Positions 1-13,400 of a DNA stretch of 64,000 nucleotides are shown here, piece by piece. The first letter of the stretch is position 1. Each line of letters begins with the position of its first letter. The DNA is taken from positions 80,724,001 to 80,788,000 of the forward strand of contig OX597826.1 of the NCBI GenBank assembly GCA_951406725.2, read 5' to 3'. Source of the DNA: Octopus vulgaris. Lineage: Eukaryota. The position numbers were made by a program, and so were the translations under genes. The notes beneath the pieces are model-generated. The model made no database searches. It was not told the DNA's origin and saw nothing but the letters and a program-made list of their open reading frames with translations.

Positions 1-1731
1 GAAAGGCATCCAGCTGTAGATACACTGCCAGATCAGATTGGAGCCTGGTGCAGCCACTGGCTCTCCAGACCTTAGTCAAACAGTCCAACCCATGCCAGCA
101 TGGAAAACGAACATTAAACAATGATGAGTAGGAACTGAATTCCAGAAGACCACTGTTTATGGAACAATACAGAAAGAGAAAGGAACTAAGCTGAAGAGAC
201 AGAATAATTGTATGGGCTTCCATGGTGGGTGTGAATAGGGTTTGCAAGATCAAAAGAACATGGACAGTTGTAGTATGGCAGAAAATTTATAGAAGAAAGA
301 CAAGGTGAATATGTCTAGATAGTTGTGAAGTCTTTATAAATGTTTGCTGTTGTTGTTTAGGTCTAGACCAACCCTGACTGAGTTGACCTTTGATCAGACA
401 TTCCAACCCAGACTACAGCATATCCTTGCCTTTTTTTTAAAGGATGTTAGTGGTAGTTTGAGGGAGATTTGACCGCTCTTTCTTCCAAGTTAAGTGAGTA
501 TATAGAAGCTCTCTTATTGGTTCTTGTAAATGTACATTTTGCTATCAGACAGTTTTTGTTTTCCTATGAAGGTTTCGCAGAATGCATGTATTTGTGTATG
601 CTTCATACACACAGAAATGTGAGTTGTCTTGACTATATACAGATATACATTTATGCATAATTAATATATTGTATATGAAATAAGACAGCTGAATAATTAA
701 AATATACACTGCAAACTCAAGACACAAACTCAAGTGTAAACATAACATAGTTGAACAACTATTGTCATATGGTTAACAAAAAAAAATCAAAAAGTGAGTT
801 TTGATGGAGAACAGGTTATTATAAAGTGTTCATTAAGTGTATGTTTTCCTACCAGACAGATGGTTTGTGTTTTTTGTTTTTTTATTCATTTATTCTTGAA
901 AGACATTTTGAATGTGTATATTTGTATGTCTAGGTGCATCTAACCAGATACGCAAGCATGCGGGTAGATGTGTGCTTGTAGTATGTATTATGTATGAAGT
1001 AGTTGAATAATTAAAATCCAAGCCACTGATTCGAGAAACAAACTTAGGAATAAGCTTAAGCAATGTATTTCATCCTCGGCCTAAACACGCTGCTGTTTGA
1101 TTGAATCTTTGTGTGTGGAAGGCAGACACTACTTTATCTTCATGATTGAAGTTTTGGTTAGCATTAAGAATGGCAGTCATTTGTAAAAAGGAAAAAAAAA
1201 ACTGCTCTCACAAATCAGGACTAGTTTTGCAGAACCAATCAATTGTTAAACAAAGTTGTAAAAGCTAAGTAGGAACAACAGGAGACTACCAAACCATGGT
1301 TTTATTCTATATTTCAAGAAAAAATTATATCTACAGAGAGGGAACTGTTGGAGGCTGCTAACAGGATGCTTGAGGGCTGCATGTATCCCTGGGAAGCAAC
1401 ACTGAGAACCACTGCTCTAGACACTTGTATAGACTTAAGTTTATCTAAATGGTTAATTTATTTGAAAGCACAGATGGCCAGATCAATCAGTTAAGAAGTC
1501 CAGGTTTCATATTCTACCCCAGTACTGCATTGTACTCATGGCTAAGATAAATCTCAACAGCCAAATACATCTGAATTTAAGGTCCAAGAATGGGGCAATT
1601 CACAATACAACAGGGGTGGACCTTAATAAGTATTTTGTTGGTTTGCAGTATTGGATTCTGTTTCTCCTACATAAAAAAAAACTGTGATTAAGAAATCAAA
1701 TCTCCCTCAAATCCCATCTTATAGTCTTTAA

Positions 1732-1902
1732 CTCTTTGGCATTCGGTTAACTGTCAAATATGATGCTTTTTAAATCATATTTTGAATTAGTTTTGCATTA
1801 TCTTGTGGCTTCAAAATTTTAATGATGTGATTGTTTATTTTTAGAATGACATTGCAGGAAGGTATGACAGGCCGGACACAGCCAGTTTAAAGACTTAAAG
1901 GG
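1732..1902. mobile_element. piggyBac-type MITE, diverged reverse-orientation relative of 6759-6979
   Basis: TTAA|CTCTTTGG ... TTAAAGGG|TTAA; interior similar to the reverse complement of 6759-6979. Confidence 0.62.
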
Positions 1903-3763
1903 TTAAATGACAGTGGATAATGTATCTCAAATATACTGTGTGCATATAAAAACAGAACAATCACTGCTGAAACATTTTAATAAGAGGTCTTATGCATCAG
2001 ATAATGTGATAGACCAACTCTATAACTAAGCAAAGATTTCTATCATCTGCTTGATATTATAGAAAAAGCAGCCCTTGTAGTTCTTTGTAACTGACAATAA
2101 ATTTGATTTAAAATTTAATTTGTCTGTCACAAACGCTTGTCATATGGAACTATGTTCTATGAAATCTTGTTCATCAAACATATTAGTTCAATAACAAACT
2201 GAATATTAAATAAACTTAATATAAAATCAAGGAATTAATTTAATTTTAAAAAGACATCCTCTTCTTTGTTTCTCTAAAGGTTAGTATTTGATAACTTCAG
2301 TTTCTCTCACTAATTTTTAAAGTTTTTCTCATCAGCACAAGTCACAATTCACAGGTGCTTTTCATATTAATTTTCTAAAATTAAATTTTCACACATGCCA
2401 TTCTCAAAACCCCAGTACAGTTTCTATTCCTAATTCTTCAATGCACTTTGTTTATCTCTATCTTATAGCCATATTTTTTCAATCAATTTTTTTCTTTGAC
2501 TAAGCTACTCTAAAGACCAATGTGTTGTCATAACTTTTAATATAATCGTTCCCAGCAGATATTTTGCATTCAGACAGTAAATGAACTATTATACAACACA
2601 CTTGTACAGCTTCTTTAAATTTCATACTTTTATCCATTAATTTTTTAATTTTTTTCCTTTTTCTCTTATTTCTACAATTTATTATTACATAACTAAACTT
2701 ATAATGGTTTTAACCAAAACTGAGCTTGGTAAAATAACTCAAATAAGCCATTGGCATGGATTGAAATAAAGCAGTAGGCACTGGTGTATTGTATGATGCA
2801 CACGATAAAAAATTCTTAATGAATATAAATTTATCTTTCAGCTGGAGGAAGAAAACAAGAACCTAACGGCCATCATTAGTGACAGAAAGAAAACAGAAGA
2901 TAATTTTTTAGGAAATTGAGAATTAATTTTTTAAAGAATGAATTCCCACGTTTAAGGGAAAACTCTGATCTTTGTTAACTTCTGTCTGTTTATGAAACAG
3001 GTTTATGTTGTTTATGCTTCACTGACGAAGTTTAATAAGACCGGAAAACATGCATAATTACTATCCCTGTCCCCACTAACAAAAATTATTAAATTTTCAC
3101 TTGAGCAGAAGAATTAAATACTTTAAAATTAATTCTTATACCTTATGTTTTGTTTGACAAGTAAGTTGCTAACAATTGCCACTAGGTTTTTATTTGCTTT
3201 CTCCAATTAAGAGGTAAACTTCATTTTGTAATCAATTTTTTGCTTATGTATTCCAACATATCAACAATTTTCCACAAGTAGTAGTAGTAGTAGTAATAGT
3301 AGAGTCGATGGTGGTGAAGTTGTATTCATTGGGTAAACTGGTATAAAATGGTAGAATCTTCTACCGAATAAATGTTTCTGTTTGTTTGTTTTTTTTTCAC
3401 TCTATCCCAATATACAAAGTTCAAATCTTGCTACATTCAGATTTGCTTTGGAAAAAAAAAATATATATATATATATAGAAAAAGATTCAATTAATTTGCC
3501 CTCTCCCTTCAAAACCTGGACTTTTGTCTCATCAAAAGAACATTTATTATTAATAAAATGTAGAAATATATGAAACTAAATGAAGTTTCCTCACCAGATA
3601 CATATTAGCTAATTTGGGACATCAAGTTCCTAAATTCAAATAACAACCATGGGCAATTTTGCTTTTAGTTTTCTAAAAGATCATTAAAATAAAATCATTA
3701 TTGAAATATCAAAGTGGGTAGCATTTTGAAACAGAATTTAAACTGTAAACTCCATCAGTTTAA

Positions 3764-4027
3764 CATTATTTACATTATTTACATTCGACGGATATTTATC
3801 CTCATCTTGCTTGTTGTTAACACAACATTTTGGCTGATATACCCTCCAGCCTTCATCAGGTATCTCGGAGAAATTTCAAACCTGGGTTCTCATTCCTAAG
3901 GTATTTTTCGATATTATTATTATTATTATTATTATTAATATGGCGTAGTGGTTAAGAGCATGGGCTACTAACCCCAAGATTCTGAGTTCGATTCCAGGCA
4001 GTGACCTGAATAATAATTATGATGATG

Positions 4028-4079
<52 letters not shown>

Positions 4080-4254
4080 CAACATTGAAAAATACCTTAG
4101 GAATGAGAACCCAGGTTTGAAATTTCCCCAAGACACCTGATGAAGGCTGGAGGGTATATTAGTTGTGTTTGTGTTAACAGCAAACAAGATGAGGACAAAT
4201 ATCCATCAAATGTAAATAATGTACATAATTCCTCATCTCTTAAATATAGAACTG
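3764..4254 (+). mobile_element. Palindromic tRNA-headed, hammerhead-tailed non-autonomous retroelement (copy 1)
   Basis: Inverted copy of the tail at ~3764-3936, then A box TGGCGTAGTGG / B box GAGTTCGATTCC head (3941-4008), (AAT)n, and tail with CTGATGA. 11-bp direct repeat CATCAGTTTAA at 3753-3763 and 4255-4265. Confidence 0.8.
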
Positions 4255-4891
4255 CATCAGTTTAAGTTAGACCTGAATTGCTAACATATCTTCCATATTC
4301 AGAGATCCTCTGTGTGGTTTCACAACCAGCAAAAAATAGCAACTAAATTCCCTCAATTTACATTACATGATCTCACATGAAAAATACACTACAAAAATGT
4401 AGTCCTTGACTTACATAAAGATGAATAATTACTGATAAATTGACTTGGGATGAAACATCAACAAGGTATAATGGAAAACTTTCTCTTATTGCCATCACTA
4501 TAAAACAGGGATATTACAACAATATAAGGGGAAAAAATATTTATTATGAAAATATGGAAATGGCTGTTATAATGTATATTAAGCTATGGACAAACCAAAT
4601 CAGCAATCAGGGATCAATTCCCTGTTGAAATAAACATTGTTTACATCACTAATGATTTGGAGAAAAACATTTGTGTCTCACTGTACCATTTCTGCTGCCT
4701 TATAGTTCTGAGTTCTCCAAGTTTATGTAAGAAATAATTATCATTGCAATATGTTATTAGCAAATGCCATGGGACATCTGTGAGTTGTCAGCAAACCGAT
4801 TCTCAATTGGAACCGTTTCAACTACATTACTGATGCCCACAAGTAAAACAAACATCACAAAGCACACACACACACACACAATCTTACATTA

Positions 4892-4927
<36 letters not shown>

Positions 4928-6264
4928 ACACAAACACTGCATTATATGCAAACACACTAGACATTTACAAACAACACCAAGATTCTATTCTATATTATAC
5001 AGAGCAGCACTAAAGCACAAGTACATGAGACACAGGTTTGCACCAATACTAACCTAAATGCACACAACACTACACAAGGCAAACATGCACAAACATTCCA
5101 ATACTACCTGAGACACACACACACACACACACACACTCAACACCTACACTAAAGCCACAATAATAATGCACTAGATATAAACACACTCACAAATGCTACA
5201 CTAGGCATATCCACACATGTTTCTAGGCACAGAGAAACATGCAAGACACACACACACACATATATTACACTGGCCCTGGACAACAACACACCTACACTAC
5301 AGACATACAACACATCACGTACAAAACTACACAAAATACATCAAATCACAACTCCAGCACAACAGAGACAAACACTATATTAATTTGAGATGGAAACATA
5401 CAAAAAAGACTTCACATTCATTACATGAACACAATACCACACACACACACAGTACGAAGGATGCAGAAAGAAGATCTAAGCTAATACTACATAAGACCTG
5501 CACACAAGACAAAAACACTACACAATGTCCACACACAGATCAGATCAGATACTGAGCTATGGAACTTATTGTTATTGGGAGACATGAACATCACCATTAG
5601 TCAATTTGGAGACACGCAAAAAGAAGCACTCATACAATCACACACACACATATATATTCATACACATGACAGGTTTAATTACAATTTCTACCTCTTCAAT
5701 TTCTCCCACAAGCAATACGCAGGTCAGGCAGGTCAGGGGCTATAGTAGAAAATACTTGATGTCGCAGTGAGATAGAATCTGAAAATTTGTGGTGGCAAAG
5801 CAAACTTTGTAACCACTGAGCCATCAACTGTACTTCCTAGCAATAAAAAGAACTGACAAGTCATAGCTAAAATAGCTTTGACCAAGGGTCAGCTCAATCT
5901 GAGTTGACCTGACATTAAACAACAACAACATCTACATACATATAACACTCAACACATACTACCATACACTTTTAACTACATGTTGCAGTAGATCTTGGAA
6001 TCAATTCAACCATCAATGCCCTGTCTCCAACAAAAGTTGTCTTCACTCTTTAATTTGCTCCAGTCTACCTAACGAAACAGTCGGTACTAATCACCCGCTT
6101 CATATGTCACTGGCTATGAATACTGAAACAATAGCTTCGATAATTTGTGGAAATATTCCAAATTTCAGAACTATCCAACCTACACTAACGTGATAAAAAT
6201 CAATAAATACTTGTTCTTTTTCTTTCTTAGCATACATACGCACATGTGTGTGTGTGTGTGTATT

Positions 6265-6306
<42 letters not shown>

Positions 6307-6758
6307 TAAATGCACAAAAAGAAAACAATTCTTTAACTTTCAACAACAACACATCCATATATCAGAATTTACTAAATCTCTTTCCAAGTCTTTAAAAAAA
6401 TAAAAATAGCCATAAAAGAAATACGAAAGTAATTAAGCATCTTTTCATTAATTTCTAGAAACTAAATGAATGGTTCAGCTTTTCAAAATATTTTGAATAC
6501 TTCATTTTGCAATAATGCTATTTACTGGCATACCAAATTGACTGATTTCAAATGGTTTGGTTCTCAATTTTCCTCATTCACATCCAGCTAATGTCGCATC
6601 AAAAATTATAAGAAAGAATACGATGTGATCATCCTTAATACAGACAAGACTATGAAGGAGTCACTTAAGTTATCCAGTGGAGTAGAATGGTGGGTGCAGA
6701 TTATACCGGATGGCCATTTTATATATGCATTTTCTGCAGTTTAAGATGTTATGTTTAA

Positions 6759-6979
6759 CCCTTTAGCATTTAAACCGGCCAAATCCGGCCAAGAGTATTC
6801 TGCCTGTTTTATGTTCAAACTGACCAGATCTAGTCTCTCACACCAACCCTACAACATCATTTTAAAAATTAACTGCTATCTCTTCAAAATCTCACAGCTA
6901 TAAGATAATGCCTGATTAGTTCAAAACAGTATAGAGGAAAAAGCATTAATTTAAGCAGAATAATGTGAACACTAAAGGG
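6759..6979. mobile_element. piggyBac-type MITE
   Basis: TTAA|CCCTTTAG ... CTAAAGGG|TTAA. Confidence 0.8.
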
Positions 6980-7172
6980 TTAAAGAAGGGGCCAACCAGT
7001 TTGGTTTCCACATAGAGTAGCCAAAACCATTGCTGTTAACACAAGGTCTGCTAGAACACAGAGTGGACACAAACACACTGTATCAAACTCTGCAGTAGAT
7101 ACACAAACACTAATACTTATACTAGACACACAGAACACTAACACTAGCTCAGATGACAACCTACTATCTTAA

Positions 7173-7386
7173 CCCTTTTGTTACCAACCTGGCTGAAACT
7201 GGCTCTGAGTACAAATGTCTTGTTTTCATAAGTTTTGAATGAAAATCTTCCACCAAACCTTAGTCATAATTTATGTTCCTAACATTAGCTTAATGATAAC
7301 TAAGATATTTTACTAAATTCTTTGTTATATCTAAAGTAATCGAAAGAAACACAGAGCATCTCAAAATAAATACAGTAATGAAAGGG
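7173..7386. mobile_element. piggyBac-type MITE, second family
   Basis: TTAA|CCCTTTTGTTAC ... GTAATGAAAGGG|TTAA. Confidence 0.78.
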
Positions 7387-8269
7387 TTAAAGGAAAAACA
7401 CATTAAACAATGTAGTCATTGATACGCTGTGTCTGAATAAGATAGGATGATCACAGCTACAGTGATCTTGGGTCCATTGAATTTTAAAGCAAATTTGAGA
7501 CTGAACAACAACTTTTTACATGACAAAACTAATAACAGGAACTTTCTTTATAATACTTTGCCCATTACACACAGAAAAAGCATCTCACATGGCAGTCCGT
7601 ATTATTAAAAACAAGATAATTACAAATTATCGTTCAAATTACTCAAAACAAGGCAATCATCTCCAATAGTGCTTTGCATTTAATATACAGCCTTAATCTA
7701 ATCTTTAATTTTCTATGACTTGTTCACAGTTTACTGACACTTCACAGAAACTGCTTTACAGAGCCCTGCATATGTGAAAGTCTAATGATAATAAGATACG
7801 TAAATTAAAAGATAGTGGGATTAAATATCTGATTAGTAATTCTTCTTTTTTTTTTTTTTGCACGAGCTTAAGAAGTTTGTTAGACTATAATCTTACTCAT
7901 TTCATATTATCATCAGTTCATGTCCATTTTCCATGCTGGCATGGGTTGGACGGTTTGACTGGAGCTGGCAAGCCAGAGACCTGCACACAGCACCAATTGT
8001 CTGTTTGAGCATGGATTCTACAGCTGGATGCTCTTCCTAACACCAACCATTTCACAGAGTGTACTGGATGCTTTTTATGTGACACTGGCCCCAATGCTTT
8101 TTATGTGGCACCAGCATGGGTGCGTATCACGTGACACCAGCACAAGTGCGTATCATGTAGCACCTGCATGAGTGCTTTTCACGCGGCACCAGCACAAGTG
8201 CTTTTCACGTGACACCAGCACAGGTGCTTATTACGTGGAACCAGTATGGACATGGCATCATTTAGACAA

Positions 8270-8530
8270 ATTTCCTCTACTTTAGACAAGTTCATCTCTA
8301 CATTATTTTTCACATCAGTCTTCACTGCTTACTTTTATCTCGTGCAACATTTTGTTCAGCCAACTTACATTATTTATGCCAGTGGCATAACTAAAAATCA
8401 GTTTTAAACTCCCATTCTGTAACAATTTCTTCAAATTAATTACCCTCAGCTGATCAAGTTCATGTCGTACATACAACAAATGCTTATCTGCTGATCTACC
8501 ATTAGAGCCCATACACACCCCATGACCTAT
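8270..8530 (-). mobile_element. Possible highly decayed LINE RT remnant
   Basis: LLYVRHELD...KKLLQ weakly resembles the LLYADDL region. Confidence 0.3.
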
Positions 8531-10062
8531 GCATGCATCACTGCCTACCTAAAACACTTCCTATGCAAGAAATCAATGTATCTGTGGGAGGTTTCAACCT
8601 CAAATTTGAAACTGCAACTCATTTTAGCTTAAGAAATTTTTGATAAACAACTAAACTCTTCAGACTGATGATGTCAGCAAGAAACGAATGGCAAATTTCC
8701 TTAGAGTAAACATTAAAATTGGTGGATGTTAGCAAAAGATTGACCATTTAGGATACACAAAAGTATTTGATATCTAATCAGTGCTATTGATGGAAACCAC
8801 TCAACCCTAATACACAGTATTTTTCCAGCATATACACCAATGTAGAATACAGTATAAACATTCATACACTGTCACTATCTTTCTAAATCCTTTCACATGG
8901 AAATTTTAGTCCTCCAAAGTCACCTTGGTGTATAATTCAGTTTTCAGCTGTAAATATTGGTTTAAAAAATTTGACTTATTTGCCAGGAAATAGAAGACAA
9001 AGACATTGAGTCTACAAAAGAACGGTGAACCGAAAAAGCTAATAGTAGAAGAGGGGTGGGGCATCGTGTTGGCCGGCAATCAGTCGTTGGACTGGACAGT
9101 CTTGTCAACATGAGATTCTGCAACACAAAGGTCTGAGTTGATACTAATTCAAAAGCTACACTATCACAGATGACACCATTCTCTATATCTCTTTCATGTT
9201 CACATAACTACAGAACCAGTCCACAACCACATCACAGTACAAAAAGAACTTTCTTTCACTCTTCTATAGTTTCCTATCAAACTGTCATGTCCAATTCAAT
9301 CTTTTGACAGTAAAAATATGATTAATCAAAAACTTCAACTCCACTCAATGCTCGTCCAACATTCAACTTTCCGTCCATCTTATTGCTGAATTGATAACCA
9401 TTCATGTTTATTCTTACAAAGCTTTATAGAAATTGTTTTTATAATAAAAGTATTAAGGTGTTGGACAACAAAATGTCTTCGGTGTTTCTTATCATCCTTC
9501 CTGGACTAAAAGTCTAAAAAGTATTATTACCAATTCTTAGTTGAATAACTAAGAATGGTTTCAAACTTTGGTAGAAAGTCAACGATTTCTGGGGAAGGAA
9601 ATAGATGATTACATCGAGCCCTGTGCTCAACTGATATCTTATTGACCATGAAAGGATAAAGGCAAATACAACCTTAGTAGTATTTGAACTCAGAAATGTA
9701 AAGAGTCGAAAGAAAAGCCACTAAGCATTTTGTATGACATGCTGACAACGCTGCCAGATCACCACATTAGTTGAGTAATTAATAATGCCAACGGACATCT
9801 AAAATACATTCTCTAGAGTTTCAAAAAAATATAAAAACTGATATAAATTTCCTAAGCTGTAATCATTTTTAATAAATTCAAAGCTATAAACCAGAATCTC
9901 AGCTGTTTTAAGCCTAAACAAAATTGTGGAAATAAGTCTTGCCTTTTCTGTTTTTTAACTGCTTATTCAGTGGCCATGACTCTTTTGTAGAGGGTTGGGG
10001 TATCCTAAGAACTACTGGGAGTAAAAGGAGAGAGAAACCTTGAGTCATGAGTTATCTAATAT

Positions 10063-10268
10063 TCTTTTCTACTCTACGGACTGAAATTTTTAGGGAGGGG
10101 GCCAGTTGATTAGATCGACCCAAGTACATAGCTGGCACTTAATTTATCGACCCCGAAAGGGTGAAAGGCAAAGTCAACCTCGGCAGAATTTGAACTCAGA
10201 ACGTAAAGACAGACGAAATACCGATAAGCATTTCACCCGGCGTGCTAACGTTTCTGCCAGCTCACTGC
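10063..10268 (-). mobile_element. Family B SINE
   Basis: Reverse complement of the 30409 unit. Confidence 0.85.
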
Positions 10269-10878
10269 TTTATCTAATATTACATAGGAGATACAGTCCC
10301 AACAGGCATCCAAAGGCCAGGTTAGGGTGTTAAGCCAAGCAACAGATTAAGTCTGCCTCCTAAGAACAAATACAGTCAATCTAACACATATTAAAGATAA
10401 TGACTCTTGAGACCAAGATAAAATAACCACTTTAGTATAAACATACCATAACAATGAGTAATGCATGCTGTACAATACGAAAACAAACTTAAAGTCAATA
10501 ACAATCGTTATCAACCAGTCAATGTTTATTGAAGTTATTGTGTACAAGTGTCATAAATACAGTAAACAGTTTGTTGTTTTGTAACCAGGGGTGTGTGTTA
10601 ATGGATGATTAATGCTACTGCCTTTCAAGTGCAGGAAAAGATCTGGTGTTCATGCTTTTTTTGCAGACTATCTTGTAATGTAAGTGAAAGGAAATAACTA
10701 CAAACAAAGGCATGAGTATGGTTGTGTAGTTCAAAACGTTTTCTCTGCAAACACTTTGTTTTTCAAATTTATCCCATTGTGTGACACGCCTTGGACAAGT
10801 GTCTTGTACTAAAGCCTAGAACTGATGAATTCTTGGGAGTAAAATATTGGTAACCTGAAACATGCAGAAGCTTATTAC

Positions 10879-11206
10879 ATGCATGCGTATATGTGTGTGC
10901 GTGTGTGCATGCGTATATGTGTGTGCGTGTGAGCATGCGTATATGTGTGTGCGTGTGAGCATGCGTATATGTGTGTGCGTGTGTGCATGCGTATATGTGT
11001 GTGCGTGTGAGCATGCGTATATGTGTGTGCGTGTGAGCATGCGTATATGTGTGTGCGTGTGAGCATGCGTATGTGTGTGCGTGTGAGCATGCGTATATGT
11101 GTGTGCGTGTGAGCATGCTGTGTGTGCGTGTGAGCATGCGTATATGTGTGTGCGTGTGAGCATGCGTATATGTGTGTGCGTGTGTGCATGCGTATATGTG
11201 TGTGCA
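10879..11206 (+). repeat. 26-bp minisatellite (GCATGCGTATATGTGTGTGCGTGTGA), ~12 copies
   Basis: Direct tandem units immediately after a family A SINE head/core (10710-10870). Confidence 0.92.
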
Positions 11207-11944
11207 ATTTGGTTTATTTTTTAAGATGTCTGATTAATTTCCAAATTCATAAGTAAAATGATTTTTCTTTTTATGGCTTAATCAGAGAATGAAGCACAGT
11301 ATCAATGACCTTTTCCAAGGCCTCCAACTTTACTTAGATATGTAGACTTTGTGCAGATACTTGGAGTGCAATACAGGTGATGTCTACTAACAGGCATCCA
11401 ATGTAGAGGAGGTGGAGTTGAATTGCATGAAAGATGAAGTCTGCCCCACAAGAACAGATAAAGTCAATCCAACACTCTTCTTCACAGCTTTCCATCAACC
11501 CAATTTCATTGACAAAGTTTGGGTTAACCAAGTGGACGACCAAGTGGTTCAAGCTGCAGCACAACAGGTTCAAACTGCCCACATCACAAACTACTTCACT
11601 AAATACAAACATAAAATACTTCACTCCTCATTGAATATACTGTTACTTCTGTGCATGCATCTGTCTTGCAGAACAGGACACTGAGACCCAGTAAAACTTA
11701 AAGCTACTAGAATTGAAAGCATGAGAAAATTCAAGCAATCTGGACATATTGTGGGAGAGGGTTAAGGAGAAACAGATGAAGTATATGGCCCGTAGTTAAT
11801 TTCAGTCAATGTCCAAAGACTCAATAGTTTGATGCTAAGCAAGTGTCATCTTCAATTTGAAAATCCAGACAGACCAAAAATCTTTAAAAAACACCAAGCT
11901 TTCAGGTTTATAAGAGTGAGGTTGATATTCAGTGATTTTGAGGT

Positions 11945-12168
11945 GAGGTGGCAGAATCGTTAGCATGCCGGGCAAAATGCTTAGCCATATTTCATCTGCC
12001 ACTACGTTCTGAGTTCAAATTCTGCTGAGGACGACTTTGCCTTTCATCCTTTTGGAGTTGATTACATAAGTACCAGTTATATACTGGGGAAATATAATCA
12101 ACCTAATCCTGTTGTCTGTCCTTGTTTGTCCCCCTATGTTTAACCCCTGTGGGCAATAAAGAAACAGA
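11945..12168 (+). mobile_element. Family B SINE with LINE-like tail
   Basis: Ends TGTCCCCCTATGTTTAACCCCTGTGGGCAATAAAGAAAC. Confidence 0.85.
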
Positions 12169-12439
12169 TATTCAGTGATTCTGAGGCTTATGTCAAGTGC
12201 ATTGATAAGATAAGTGAAGTAAGGAGAAATGGCTATGATCAAGAACTGTATCTCTAGGAGTTGAACTATTCTCTACAGCATTTATGCCTAACAAATTTGA
12301 TAAAAAAAAAAAAAGAAACTGGAAGCATTGCTAAATATAAAATCTAACTTCAGTTTTAGAAAATTGTTCTTAGAAAAGATTTTAAGAATGTTTAAATGTG
12401 AACATGTTAACAGGGAACAGCTTTGCTAAGCATGACAGA

Positions 12440-13400
12440 AGCACAAACGAAACTGGACACAGAGAGTTTACAGTGTCCTTGACCTTTGAAGTCCCTATCA
12501 GACTTATCAGATTGATTCTGTAGATATTCAGCTTGAATATTTTGTAGGTCAATGCCTGAAGGGAAAATATGAATATGGAAGGATTCCAGAAAGTTGCAGT
12601 CTTATAGAGGAGAGGCTGGTTTTCAAAATGTGTTGTCTGAGTGGTGCAACAAGAGCAAAAAGATATACTCTTTTACTTGTTTCAGTCATTTGACTGCGGC
12701 CATGCTGGAGCACCGCTTTTAATCGAGCAACTCGACCCCGGGACTTATTCTTTTGTAAGCCCAGTACTTATTCTATCGGTCTCTTTTGCCGAACCGCTAA
12801 GTAACGGGGACATAAACACACTAGCATCGGTTGTCAAGCAATGCTAGGGGAACAAACACACACGCATATATATATATATATATATACATATATACGACAG
12901 GCTTCTTTCAGTTTCCATCTACCAAATCCACTCACAAGGCTTTGGTCGGCCCGAGGCTATAGTAGAAGACACCTGCCCAAGGTGCCGTGCAGTGGGACTG
13001 AACCCGGAACCATGTGGTTGGTAAACAAGCTACTTACCACACAGCCACTCCTGCGCCTATGCAGCTACCTATTTCACAAAAGAGTGCCTGTGTCATCATT
13101 GACAGTAAAAGAGTTAAACAAAAACTGCATAACTTGTAAGCCAATGAAATAAGTAAAACAAGCGGCTGAGTGAATTATTACCAATAATTCAAATGACCTT
13201 CTTTTGGGTGTGGCCTACGATGTCTGTCTACATGTGTAGCAGTCACAGCATTTAGTACTTGTGAGCAGCACTGTAAAATGGGTCCTACTTGATCATAGAT
13301 AAGTAAATATAGTATTAGGTTTCTGGTTGATGAACTGAAAATTCAGTTTCTACTATATTTAGTCATAGTCTTTTGTCCTTGGAAACCAGTGATAGAAGTA
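12440..13400 (-). mobile_element. Decayed CR1/L2-clade LINE 3' portion, interrupted by a family A SINE
   Basis: Minus remnants YDQVGPILQCCSQV (cf. YKAQVRPILEYCSHVW) and KTATFWN...FPSGIDLQ (cf. RTARLWNSLP..FP..YNLQ); many stops and frameshifts. Confidence 0.6.
12667..13057 (-). mobile_element. Family A tRNA-derived SINE (CORE-like centre, internal microsatellite, second module), full length
   Basis: Head GGCGCAGGAGTGGCTGTGTGGTAAG...GGTTCAGTCCC, GCACCTTGGGCAGGTGTC, (TA)n, 3' module ending ATGACTGAAACAAGTAAAAGAG; many copies in window. Confidence 0.9.

Noticed and set aside
3560-3650. AG...GTGAG mini-exon candidate on the minus strand
   Set aside because: Stop codons in all three frames.
3941-4008. 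tRNA gene
   Set aside because: A/B boxes and anticodon-like arm present, but no proper acceptor stem; it is the head of a repeated element.
6100-6315. Hydrophobic minus-strand ORF as possible BLTP1 exon 2
   Set aside because: No match to the expected GSFSFSVLSGK...RWW sequence; starts in a CA repeat and ends in a stop.
8660-8695. CTGATGA...GAAAC hammerhead-like words
   Set aside because: No convincing stems I or III and no cleavage triplet.
10879-11206. CRISPR-like array
   Set aside because: Contiguous tandem units with no unique spacers; eukaryotic context.
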